DNA of 59,287 nucleotides, counting the filler, from Sphacelaria rigidula (Eukaryota), in the NCBI GenBank assembly GCA_964200075.2. It is 3 parts of 3 records of this genome, joined end to end, with 100 filler letters (N's around TTAATTAATTAA, not from the genome) between each part and the next. Parts side by side here need not be neighbours in the genome. Positions count along the whole stretch, not along the records: positions 1 to 19,703 come from CAXNAA020000625.1; positions 19,804 to 39,499 come from CAXNAA020000626.1; 1 more part is not named here. One strand, 5' to 3'. Below are positions 13,348 to 25,300 of the stretch, piece after piece (position 1 is the first letter of the stretch; every line of letters starts with the position of its first letter). Below the pieces are notes generated by a model. That model saw nothing but the letters and a program-made list of their open reading frames with translations, had not been told where the DNA came from and did no database searches. Both the position numbers and the translations under genes were made by a program.

Positions 13348-13960
13348 AATAATAACAAAAATAAGTATCATTAAATGATATGAACAACAACCACAACAAC
13401 AACTGCAACATGAAATACCTCAGGGTATGCTTCAGAGCACCCAAGATTGCTACATTACAGCCGACACCTTGCCTTCGGCTCCAAGGAGGGGTTCTCGAAC
13501 GAAGGACGTACAGTACGCAGTTGAGACTTTGCCAGCTTTACGCTTGGTCGTCGTTCGTACGTCCACGCCGCCGGTCCTTCCTGGACACATACTTGTGCCA
13601 AGCTTGCCTGCCCACAACGAGAGTCGGCGGCCCGATTTTGCGATCACGGGCGTAATAGGTTTGTCACTATACGGCACGTGAGTCATGTGGGATGAAGTAC
13701 AGCACGCAATGCCAGCTTTCAAGTGTCTGTCACTCTTTACTCTCCCCCTCCAATCTATTCATTATCTCCCACTCGCGTTACTATACACAATAGTGGCCAT
13801 TCTGGCGGACGGAGCTCAGAGAGTAGATAAACCTAGCCGTCTAGCCCTTCGAACGTAATTAATATCGCCTTCCAGGCACCTGTGAATGCTTCGAGCCTGT
13901 AATTATTGGTTGCGCGGTTCAACGATTCGGGCGCCAGTATACGTGGCGTGCTCTCACAAT
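5335..13960 (-). CDS. DNAH1: Axonemal inner-arm dynein heavy chain, DNAH1 type (N-terminal exons only; the gene continues beyond the left edge of the window)
   Basis: Manually spliced GT-AG exons in consistent phase: 12207-12392 (VQAPYETRPGEIPRRIQIERKRRLY...PLPVE), 11735-11878 (VFDNADFEVRSPENW...HWRECK), 10890-11057 (VTGYD...LPRLRICLKAEDPFNFADRVAHAHALRE), 10601-10666 (EAELTILYNFYIDCMPSEDMAE), 10137-10292 (...EEVSLDYLRTMSKIVL), 9146-9223 (acceptor uncertain), 8406-8507 (...DFCFSSFLTKPEII), 7794-7889 (IRSECLRALALSLFH...HLEDF), 7360-7470 (...KKGWFNLDE), 6054-6169 (TSNEVYGFSKLRRFL...EDTLRFLVQESL), 5335-5764 (...PLFLVEVV...LIDKAIASTQ). These motifs are colinear with the DNAH1 N-terminus as I recall it (PRKIEIERR, VFDNEDF, AEDPxxFAQRV, LYNLYVDCMP, EVSLDYERSMNKI, KGWYNL, DTLRFLVQDSL). 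Probable upstream exons 13468-13607 and 13880-13960 are phase-compatible. Start codon not located. Confidence 0.92.
13218..13410. repeat. Compound microsatellite (AACAGTAAT)n/(CTA)n/(AAC)n
   Basis: Directly visible simple repeats in a dynein intron. Confidence 0.9.
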
Positions 13961-14889
13961 CTGCGTCAGTGTACAAGTTACAGGACCAGATATGGTATGG
14001 TACCGCAAGCGTATAGTTGAACACTGCACGTTTGTATGTCGCCCGCCGTAAATGGCGCCCCCAGACCAAAGATGGCCGCGACTAGAGTTCGAAGTACCTA
14101 GGTCTTCACAGTCGGCGTTTGATTATTCTCGGGGGGGCTGGGGCGGTATTCGGCGCGTAGAGATATTTTTCAATGTCTCACACGTCGGGCAGCTTATGAG
14201 CTACCTAAGTATTACTTATTCTTGGTCTACTGATCTGGATCATGAGCTAGCTCATTTGGCCTCTCTGTCCATACTGTCTCCCTGCAACGCTGGACGCTTA
14301 TCACGCAGAGCGTAAACGTAGCGATTTGGGTTCTTGGACCCTGCTGTCACGTCTTGTATGCTTTTGGATAACGAATCTGAGAATCGTATTCGACTAGTTA
14401 CTCTACATAGCTCATGTGCTGTCCGACGTGTGCAATGTTCGGTACTCCCTACCTACAACTACGCACGTGGTGATGGTATGGCGTAATACAATGTAGACTT
14501 TAGTGTAACTTTTTATGTTTTATTCAGTGTACTGAACTGCTGAGATTAACTGTGATGCAACAAACTAATTTGTGCTTACTTTCGGGGTGATATCGTTACT
14601 TAATTAGTTTCGGCGTGTACACATGTTCTTCGTTTCCAAGTAGTATCGAAAATTAGGTCATCTGAGTCTTCGACGTCGCGAACTACTTGGTACTAAAATA
14701 CTTAATTGCTGTCGAGACCTAGTCGAACACAGTGTGATCTCAAACTCTACATGATTCTGATGCAAAGCCAGTAGTTCCTTGATTTTAATGGGACAGTTTT
14801 TTCAACTTTGCAGGCTGGTGCACGTTTTTGACCCAAAACCCCAACGTAGTATTCTGTAGAGCACGAGTTTCAAAATACCCGAGGCATCT

Positions 14890-15180
14890 ACCCGGGTACT
14901 TCCTGTACCCGACATTTCTATAGGTTCTGTAAGCCCCCACACCGATACTCGATTATTCCGTGAAACCTGTACGAAGTGTTTACCCTTACCTGAGGCTCGG
15001 GTAAACCCTTGAAGAAATGTTCGCCTGCGGGCAAAGGTTTCTGTAAAACCTCTATACCGTACCCTACAGGTTCTTCAAGTTCTGTAGACTTCCATACTTG
15101 TACTCGACAGCTCTGCAAGTTCTGTCAGAATTCTCACACACCCCCCTGAACATACCCGTACCATACAGAATACAAATGTG
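14890..15180. repeat. Interspersed repeat with internal GTTCTGTA-like subrepeats (probable non-autonomous TE fragment)
   Basis: Recurrent ggttctgtaag/tttctgtaaa/agttctgtag/agttctgtcag motifs at ~40-55 bp spacing; no coding signal. Confidence 0.45.
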
Positions 15181-18100
15181 CAAAATTTACTCATCAGTAA
15201 ACACCTTACGCGATACCTACCCAACAGTCACATACATGATATCATACTAACCGCCATGGATACCTGAAGAGGGTTACATAGCCGAAGTTTCGTTTAAGCC
15301 CATAGCGGTGGCGCTGAGGGCGAAATATGCCTCGACCAATCCGCGACCTTCCGATTGTCCTGAAAAAACATGTATGAACTCCTAACACGATTGTTTCTCA
15401 ATTTCCACCTACATGATTTAAATCATAGCAACCGCTAACAGATGGGGGATCTAGCGGGAAAATATTTTGAAAGTGGTCGCGATGGGATCGAAATATATCT
15501 GAAAACGTTGTATTTCGGTGATACAGATTTTTGACGTTGTCGGATTTCCACTGATGATACGCATCACAGACCCAAGAAGGATCCCGGTAGTTTCCCTTAC
15601 ATATGTCGTAGAAAAACTCAGACCGCCCCCAAACTTGCCAGGTCGATAGGTATAGTGCCCCGAATGGAAAAATGTATGGAAGTATATTTCAGGTTCCTCC
15701 GCTCTCTACTTCTGGGGTTTCGGCTTGAAGACCTCCGTAAGCTACAGAATGTCTGAAACAAAAGAACGCGTCCCGGGGAAGCCCAAGGAACATGTGTTCA
15801 AAGTTTCATTGCGTAACTGGGCAAAGCTGAGGCGAAGGTTTTTTTCACGCTGAACGTACCCGAGGAAGTCGTTTCTACACCGAAGGCAAGTAGTTAGAAG
15901 CTTGTGCCTTTCAAGCTCCCTTCATCACTCAAAGGCGCAAGTTCCTACCGATTTTTGATGCAAGACTCTGACAAACTGCACACGTATACCGTGGGGCATC
16001 ACGAAACTTGCGATGGGCGATGCTTTTTATTTGACCGGTTATCGGGGGTCCTAGAAGGGCATGTGACTCCCCAGGATCCTGGGGTACCTGATAACCGGCG
16101 ACAAAAACCAAAACATCCACCGAAAATCTAACTCCGAAAATCGGCGTGAAAAATTGCGCATCAATGACTCTTGGGACATGAGCGCGAACCAGCCTGCAAG
16201 GTTTGTCGAAGGCTCCTTTTTCTCTCCCAGAGGAGTGGGAGGCTGCATCGGTATCTAAAATGCCCGTCTATGGGTATCCTTACCCCGGCAGTAGGTCTTC
16301 GGCTATAGTTGGCACCGGACCAATTAGCATTGATGGCATATTGTATATCGCCCCATAAGAAAACGATAGTCTTCACTTCCAATGGGAATGAAATCATTTT
16401 AAAACAATAGGTGCCACACCAGACGGTAGGCAGGCGTAGGTATATTAGACTGTGGTGCAGGATACGGGGAATGTCACCTGGGTTGACAAGATACCCAGCC
16501 TCTATTTCCTCATGAACTGCGATTCGAACGCCACGGAAGTGGTGCAATTTGAACTACATGAAGATGTTGCGATGTATAAAAAACGCCCTACACCTTCGTG
16601 AAGAAAATCAAGGTGAAGAAATCTCACAACTCGGTTTATGCGATGTGTAATATGCACAGATGATGCTGCTGACTGCGGTAATGCCCCTCCCAACTGCCTG
16701 CCGAGGGGACTTGATGTCATCCCCCACACCTTGGTATTATGCGATCACCCACCGCATATTACAACCCCGCCACGCCCCCCCCGTTGCTTACTTGAGGAAT
16801 TTACCAATCCAAACCGCTTATTACTATCACGCTACTGTACGAGCTCTTGCTTTTGCTGCACCACCCTCTCCCCACTGCATGAAGTGACCGTGCTACTGCC
16901 CAATTCACGTGCACTCAGGTGGTCACCTTCTGATGGCGGTGCTCTGTACACCACCCACCTACATTAGTTCCCCCGGATGATAAGTTCCCAAGATCCCTAA
17001 ATTCACATCCAGGGGTGGTGAATGCCGTCTAAGGGAGTGACACGGTTCTGCACTAGACAGCGGCCACGTACAGCGGCCGAGATATCACAGCGACTTGCAC
17101 AAAACTGTGCTATGATAGTCAGCATCAGAAGTCTTCAGGGTTGTTTCAGGAATTTTCTCGCGTACTGCCACTCCTTTCTGTGCTTTGCTTGTGTTGACTA
17201 TTTTATTACTTTTTTTTGTGTTCGACCTTTTATTTCTCTTTTTTTTTTTTTCCCTGTTCCTTTTTTTCTTCAGAGCGTGTTTCAGTTTCTTTTTTCTTGG
17301 ATACGGCCATCATGAGACCACGACTGGACCCCTGGGGGGTCAGTTAAAGTGCGACAATCGATCGATTAATCCATCAACCGAACTACTCTTCGATAGAACT
17401 CAAAGGTACTAGCGTAGGTAGATTTTGGTAACATTAACAGATCTTCCGCAAAAAACAGTGCGCAAGTTAGTGTTACTTGGTGTTATCGGACGATACGAGT
17501 AGATATCCCGTTTATCGGGAGGGTGTTATTGGCCGTGAAACACAGTCTTTCGGCTCTAGTGCGATGAGTAGGTGTAATTTCAAAAAAACAATCCCTATAG
17601 TTTTTTTTCACAAATACGATCGGCATAGGCTCGATCTACCGAAAATACCGAAGAGTCAGAATCTGGGCTGAAAAGTGGTGATACCCCCGATGACCAGTCA
17701 GCCCGTAAGTCACTCAATATTCAGTTCGGATGATTTTTTGTTCTTGGAATGTGGGGCGGGTACGAGTATCTTCAGATTCCCAATGTGATGAGCGGTGGCA
17801 AGCGAGAGAGCCTAGGGAAATCATGGTCGCTGATGAAGTGGAGGGAGCAGTCCAAGGGCACTCGCTACTTTCACGCGAAATAATTATACTTTAAACTTCG
17901 AATGCACTTAGACAGTGCATCACACAGATCAGTAACAAGCACTGCATGGCCGCAGCTTTTGCCCCTGGAAAGCTCTGAGTCGTACAAACACTCACCATGT
18001 CCTTCCCGTCAGATGGCCCTCGGAACACAGGATCCTCGTAATTCCGCAACATTTCTTTCCTTCGCCGCTAGCATCAAGATCCTGATGTACTATCAGTCAC

Positions 18101-18369
18101 CGGAGAGCAATGCAGTGGTGGGCATATAGGTTGTTTTAATACACCAGGAGAGTGCAATATAAACGTCACCTTGGTTATTTCAATCGGCCACCCACGCCGG
18201 GCAATTCGACGCACTCCCCTCGTCCTTTCGTCTCTTGTAGAACGCGGGTCAAATGAAAAGCTTCGGTTACTTTTTCGATTGCACCGCACATTAATTTCGC
18301 CGCCTTTTTCGCTGCCACCCGGTTTTGTGAAGCATTGGTCAACTCAGCTGTATTGTTATCGTAGCCTCC

Positions 18370-18459
18370 ATGGCCGATGTGGACGAGGAGCGGGCGGTGC
18401 TAGAGGTAGTGGAGCTCAGCGAATCTGAAGATGAAGATTTCGACTATAGGGCGGTTGAG
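18370..18459 (+). CDS. First coding exon of a gene resembling SPAG16/PF20 (central-pair WD40 protein); remainder lost at the contig end
   Basis: ATG in cc-ATG-G context encodes MADVDEERAVLEVVELSESEDEDFDYRAVE, followed by donor GAG|gtgcgt. The acidic LExVxL...EDEDFxY pattern resembles the SPAG16/PF20 N-terminus as I recall it. Only 30 aa are available. Confidence 0.5.
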
Positions 18460-19480
18460 GTGCGTGTGACACGTAATATCATCCTCCAATTGTTTTTGAT
18501 CCCCAATGATGACATCCTTTACACGAAGATCTCAAGTTCTGGGTGTGGCGGTTGGATGCTGAGGCATAGAGCGCAGATCATCGGGACTGTTTGGTTTAGT
18601 CTAACAGTGTCAATTACAGGCATTTGTCAGCCACCGGTGGTGCCGTAGGTTCACATGAGATATCGTCGTATACCCTAGATAGACAGCAACTGAGGTAATG
18701 TCCATCTCTCGCAGACACGTCTTTCCTTGAGGGCGATGTTGCTCCCAACACAGATCATATCCTGCGCCATTTTTTGAGGGCAGTTTTTCGAACGAATTTC
18801 GTCACATCTCAATTTTAGCCGAATATTAGAGCCAAATTCTCCACAAGAGCCCTAGTGGTGCGCATCTCGGATCAAACAAATGTCAATCGTCAGAGGAAGG
18901 CGCCCTGTCCTCCGCGCCGTGCGCACTGCATACACCTCACTTATGCGAGTGTCGTGGTATGCCTCGATGCTTTGTCTCGGGAGCACACAACAGCAATAAC
19001 AACGCTATTTTTCTGAAACTACAATACGAGTATAGTAAACAGTCGTCTTCGGTGAATCTGTTCATGCTGTCTGTGCTGATGGCTGTCCTGGTGCTGATCG
19101 AATATACTCACACTCAGTCATGAACGAAATTGATGCAAGATATAATGCGGTACAAGTAGGCATCAACCATGTTCAGGTTGCAAGGTATTATGATGGCCAA
19201 TCAGAGATATAGTGTATAATGATGTAGGTTATGCGAGAACAGTATTTACTTCACGGACGGACAACCGAGCTGTGCCCCGCCCATCGTCGTCCAGTCTGGT
19301 TTCGGGTGCCGCGCCGTCAAAGTGCCTTGCTCTGGGGGTTCGCATAAGTGTGTGTGATGAGTACGTGTGTGAGGTATTGAGTGAGAGGTATTGAGTGTGG
19401 GTTATTGAGTAACAGAGTGAGACTGATTGAGGTAAACTGGGAGAACAGCCTGGATTCGTTACTGAGGTTCAACATTTTAA

Positions 19481-19703
19481 TGAGTTTCAACTCGAAAACA
19501 GTGCTTTCCCTGACTGACCTAAAGTCATGACCAATGAATTTCACATGGACGACCTCATGCCCCCCGACCTCCTTAAAACTATTTCGGGGGTCGCCCGTGT
19601 TCCGTGCCCCCAAACCGTATGTACGAAAGCACCTTTTCGCCTCGATATCGGGGCGAAAAGGGGGACGTTTTTAGCCCGAAATCGGTGTTTTCGCGTATAC
19701 ACT
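19481..19703. mobile_element. Partial MITE (same family as 20540-20870), cut by the contig end
   Basis: tgagtttcaactcgaaaacagtgctttccctgactgacctaaagtc...atgccccccgacctcc..aaactattt matches the left arm of 20540-20870. Confidence 0.8.
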
Positions 19704-19803
19704 NNNNNNNNNNNNNNNNNNNNNNNNNNNNNNNNNNNNNNNNNNNNTTAATTAATTAANNNNNNNNNNNNNNNNNNNNNNNNNNNNNNNNNNNNNNNNN
19801 NNN
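19704..19803. other. Artificial contig spacer (N-run + TTAATTAATTAA + N-run)
   Basis: All-frame stop linker embedded in Ns; an identical structure is at 39500-39599. Confidence 0.95.
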
Positions 19804-19901
19804 GTATCAACTTTCTGCTCAGATAGGGAGACTCCCTCATCTCCCGCAGAATATTCTGCGGGAGATGAGGGAGTCTCCCTATCTGAGCAGAAAGTTGATA
19901 C
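19804..19901. repeat. Perfect 98-bp palindrome at the contig edge
   Basis: gtatcaactttctgctcagatagggagactccctcatctcccgcagaat is followed immediately by its exact reverse complement; centre at 19852/19853. Confidence 0.95.
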
Positions 19902-20539
19902 ACCAGAAAGTCAGCGTCCAGAGAATCGGAGAATTGGTCTGGTTTCCTCAGAGCTAGGCGAAAAATATTGCCCAACGGACTGGGGCCCGACAAATCAATC
20001 CACGGGAGGAAATAGGATGAAGACGGGCTAGAATCCTCATATTTGTGCAAATACGGATCGGTTGCCATACAAGACGGTCTGACAATAGTAATGTTGAAAA
20101 ACCGCTCCAAAACACGCCCGGAAGAACATGGCAGGAAATTCTCGAGCGCGTCGATTTCCCACAAGAAACATGTCGCCGGGAATTTGTCTAACGAGCCGAT
20201 TTCTTTGATCACTCCCGCAAGAATAAGTCAAAGAGGCGAAGACTTCGAGGTGTATATGAAAACACCGACAACGATGTCGACGTCCCGCCTATGGTCGAAC
20301 GTGCGTGCACCTCCGGTCCGTGAAAATGCCAGATGGCGGGTGCTACGACACCTCGGTGCTACTACACCCCCAGTCGACTTGTCCCGCGGAAGCCAGCTTT
20401 TTTCATGTTCGTTGCAGAATGCGGTGTGTAGCAGGCCTACTTTCTCCTTGAATTGCTGTGTTGTCGGCAATCATTCGGAATCTGTGGAAGCTAAATCTCA
20501 ACTACCGGTCGGTAGTGGTCTCCGATAAAGAGAGGGTCC

Positions 20540-20870
20540 TGAGGTTCAACTCCAAATAAGTGCTTTCCCTGACCTAACGTCGTGACTTTTTATGCCCCCC
20601 GACCTCCCTGAAACTATTTGGGCAAATTTTCTGCCTTCCATTCCCCCAAAGGGTAGGTGCGTAAGCACCTTCTTGTCTCGATTTCGGGCTGATAAAAGGA
20701 ACGCTTTAGCCCGAAAATGGTGCTTTATTCGCACATACCGTTTCGGGATACTGAAAACGGGAAACCCCCCAAAATAGTTGCGGGGAGATCGGGGGGCATG
20801 AGGTCGTCCGTATGAAAGTCACTGTCGCGACTTTAGGTCAGGGGAAGCACTGATTTGGAGTTGAACCTCA
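20540..20870. mobile_element. MITE with long terminal inverted repeats
   Basis: Left end tgaggttcaactccaaataagtgctttccctgacctaa; right end ttaggtcaggggaagcactgatttggagttgaacctca. The inverted similarity extends inward (atgcccccc / ggggggcat). Confidence 0.85.
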
Positions 20871-22378
20871 TCTGAATGCTCAACCTCCTTTCTGAGGATC
20901 GTCTCTTATTATGTTCCCCTTTGGCCATTCATTATGCAGATTCAACGTGTTGATTTTAGGCAATTGTTGAGATCTTTCTAAAGTGGTGGGATCTTTCTAG
21001 GACTCAGCAAACCGAAATCACTTTGGATGCGGTTCAAGGGCAGGGTCAACCATGGAATCGTACTTGTACTTGTACGAAGTATACTGTTTCGATTCTTCAT
21101 CGAAGTTTTGTTTTGTCAGTCCGTTGGCCGGCAGGATAGGTGATGTGGGTCTCACACTCAATTTCCAAGTGAGAACGATACCAATAAGTCAACCGATGGC
21201 CCACCCTGGCGGTGAAGGGGTTCAGGGCTACCCCTTTCATCGCAACCTCGTCTCGGAACAGCTCTGCCGGTTTATAATTCCCGGAATGTCTGGGAGTTTC
21301 CAGGTGAAGGCGACGGGGGGTGGGGCGTGCGCGGGTTCTCATATCAGCTGAGAAGATTCCGGTGTCAACCAAGCGTGTTCCAAGGAATTTTGAGTGAAAA
21401 CCACCCATGAAGTCTCGCTTGCAGTCAAGAAAGAGCGATCTTCTGACCACTCAAAAGCGAAACAGGGAAACATCTCCCATTACGAATTTCCTGAAAATAA
21501 TATATCCTACTGTCGGCAAGGCATCTTCTCATCATTTTTCTGGGGGGATCGGTCGGAACGACGTGAGGTTTCCTTGGAGACGTCTTGGACACGCGTGATC
21601 CCCCGGTAGTGTTGCCGAACGAACTGCACCGAGCACACCATGGTGATAGACGCAAGCGCTCATTACCCTACTGCAATCACGATGGATGGATGATGGAGGA
21701 CTACTGTACGGATCAGTCGAACTTCGTTGCCGACCATTTTTTGTCGAGGTGCGAAATCCGCCCAGAGCTTGTCCATTAGTCCGCTTACGCTGCTGCTGCT
21801 GCCGTTGATGAATATGTTCACCGACACTCATTCCTCCCGTCCGTGAAGAGGCGTTTTTCTTCCGAGAAGACAAATGTGATTTCGAACCATGGCGCTTATC
21901 TAGGTAATAGTCGGACATCTGACAGGGGAGTGGCGGTCAAAATGATGTTTAGGCATCCCCTTACATATCATCACAAAAAAACAGCGCAGGAACTTGGAAA
22001 AATGATCAAATAAGGCATGCGTTTCTGTTAGTATGCCTTCACGGCGCATCCAGGCTTCCTTGTACTGGCAGACAAGTTCGCTCCGTACAACAAGGGTAAA
22101 CAGCACCGGGATCTAAATCACTTCGACGGACTCCACGTAAACCCACCGAACGTACCTATATCAGCTGTTCGGAGTACACTGCACTATGTCTACTACATCA
22201 ACGCAGGCGGAACGGAGGATCACAGCAGAGACGATACCCGGATTTACCAAAATATTTTCTGACTCAAAATCCCCCCACACTGTTGCAGGATCCCCAGACA
22301 TTCCGCTGATGTGTCTCGAGCGATGAACAACACTCATACATACAAGTCGTGCCTAGTAACACTGTCACTGTCGCCCGA

Positions 22379-25300
22379 TTACCGTTGGGAAGACCTACGT
22401 TCAGCAGCGAGTATCTCCCCGTTCTGGCCCCCGTTTGTGGCGCCGTAATCTTCACCGTTACCCGTAGTGCTACCATCAATCACCACGCGATCCTCGTCAT
22501 CATTTCCCCCTTTTACACCGAACGCCCTCCGTTGTTGCTCCTTTGTGGGGTAAGAATCACCCTCCGACAACACAAACTTTCTCCGTAGGGCCTGAGCGGG
22601 AGGGTTCCACTCGACACTCGCACTACTAGCAGGGTCATCATCTTGAAAAATAACTGATTTTTTTCTTCCTTCCGCCCCCTTGGACAAAGCTCCGTCATCA
22701 GTGACGACATTAGTCCTATCCTTGCGTAATATGCTACGCTTGCGGCCACCATTTTTTCCCCGTTCCCCGCAAGAAACATGCCCCGAGCCATTACCGGGAA
22801 CTATACCATGGCCGACTGCTACACTAGGATTCCTCGGTGATGAGGTGATCGTTAATGGTATTTCTGGTTGTGGTAGCTGTGTCGCGATAGCGTGACTTTT
22901 CTCCGGTGCCGCTATTCTCTCCACTGCTTGTTCTATGGCGTGCGTGGATACAGCTGCAGCGAGCTTTTGTCGGTTACGTCGTTCTTCTTCCCTCTGACGT
23001 TTGTTATGCACGCGCTGGATCCTCCGCCGGGCACAACGCTGAATAGCGGCAACGGCGGAGGCCTTACGATGTCTGTGTATGCCGAGAAAACGCAAACGCA
23101 AGCAAGGACCAAGTAGGCAGTGATACGTGCAGGTCACCTGGCTATTGTGATTCACTAAAATGCTTCCGATTTCCATGCTTTGCGGCGAAAATATCGAAGT
23201 TTTCCATACAAACCTGACTTCAGTTCGGCGTTGGGGTTTCTGCCATTATTTTGTGTTTCTCGAAAATATCGGGCGCTCGTTTCTGATACGATTTGAGTCC
23301 ACCCTCTCGAAAACCTGGAGATGATTCATTATCATTCTAGGGGAACTCCGCCGACGAAGGTAAAGTCCAAGGAGTGGTATACGTGTCTGGTTCACCGCTA
23401 AATGTCTTGGTCTTGCCGATGCAATTTTACGTCAGTCATGTTACGGTAGGGGTTGGGGTTGCCCGTTTGGGCCCAGATCTTTCTCATTCAGGGGCTCCTA
23501 AAGCTGAGAGCTACACAAAATATCAGTCACGGCAATCCCGTTTTCCAAATTAGTTCGGGATACTCCTAGCACATTGGAATACAAATCGTGGCGTGCTCCC
23601 ACTTTTTTCAAAAGCAGTTTTTGGGATGAGATACAGGGTTCCTAACAATTCGATCCCCCCAAAATATATAGGTACACCCCTCCTTACCGTAGCACCATTC
23701 GTGTCACACAAGAAGAAACGTGATTCTCCCCAAACACCGAGGCTTTAGGACGGAGGAGGTACCGCGGGAACCTTTTTGGTCTAGTCGCTGTTGGCAAAAG
23801 CAAACGAGGAGGGAAAATGTACGACAGAAGACAGGCAGATCTATATATCTTTGGGAGGACCTACGTAGGAGAGAGTTCTTGTGGAGCACAGTTCGAGCAA
23901 CAAAGTTGATGGCTTGGGCATTTCGACAAGGCCGGGAAATGCCACTACGTGTTATCACACCCGGAACGGTCGATGGGGTTCACATGCGCGCACCATTTCA
24001 CGAGATGCCAGCTGCTGCCGGCCATTGTCCTAGGTTGCGGTGCATCGAATCGTTTTGCGTCAAGGGTTTGCTTGGTGATCGTCCCGGGAATCTTGAGTGC
24101 GAAAACGTATCCTCGAGCACCCAAGTGGGAAGGCTAAAAGTACATTTTGTGTGTTTTAGTTTTCATCCATATTTGACATGCTATCAACTCCTCCCCTTCC
24201 TCGGGATGCGTTCGTGGATCTCAAGGCGCCACTCTCCCACGGTACAAGCCTCTCCCACAGTACAAGCCTTGCATTTTGGTCTCGCGGATTGGATCATGAC
24301 TATCAGCACCCCCGCATCGCGTCGACGCTCGTCAAACAAACTCAGTCAGGCAGGCTCTTTTTGCTCCTCACGTCCTCAGGCTCTCACGTACGTCCTCATG
24401 CTTTTAAGGACGGAGATCAGATACTTCCCTGCAAAATCCATACGCGCCAGGCGGGAATCGAACCCGTGTTTTTACACCCCTAATAACGGGGACAGGTGGA
24501 TCGCTAGACCACCGGCGCGCGGCGGGTGGGGAAGGTAAACTGCAGACCTCCTTCGACCACTAACTCTTACGGGGAGAAAGGGAGGGTGAGGATTCTATCT
24601 TTTCCTTACACATGCGTTTTACTGACGACCGGATCCTCACCTTATTCCTGACCATCGTCTCCGAGCCAACTGGCGTCGCGCTAGGTATTGCATGCGGCTG
24701 GCCGCATGATCGAGGCGTATCGCCGCCTCCTCCTCCTCCTCCCCATCCTCTCCATTTGACTGTGACAAACTCGCCGCAAGCTCCCACACGTTCTCGGTGA
24801 AGGATTTCATCGCTCGGTGGTACTGGACAGCCAAGTCAACCTCTTCCGCGAACTCCTTTTTATGCCCTCCTCCTTTTCTCCTATCTAAGCTGCCACTAAT
24901 ATCGGCCGTCATCGAGCAAGATACATCCAAGATGCTATGAATCTGTCGCGCCGTTTCTCCCACCCTGGTCAATACCAACAGCAACAGATCCGACCGGTCC
25001 CGTGCTCGCAACAGACGACACGAGGGTGATGTTCGTCGCCGTGATGGCTGCCCCTCCGCTGTCAAAACCCAACCACTACCATCGCCGCTGATTTCAGAAT
25101 CGGCTTGCTGTTGTGCTGCACCCGGCTTTTCCTCCTCGAACAAGTCATCGATGCCACCCGGCTCACAAGACGGTAGAGCCACCAGCACCAGACCGTACGC
25201 CTCCGCCACCAGTCGGTTGTACCCGTCATTGCAGTCATCATCCGATCCTGTACTGAGTAATGATTGGCCCCCGTCGACACTTTGGGTTTGTGATTCGAAA

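Noticed and set aside
13173..13374. Poly-Ser and poly-Leu ORFs
   Set aside because: Translations of microsatellites.
15240..17000. Possible transposase or viral relic between the divergent genes
   Set aside because: Only short ORFs with no motif I can recognise.
23720..24538. 272-aa plus-strand ORF
   Set aside because: Overlaps a SINE and lies antisense in an intron; no recognisable motifs.
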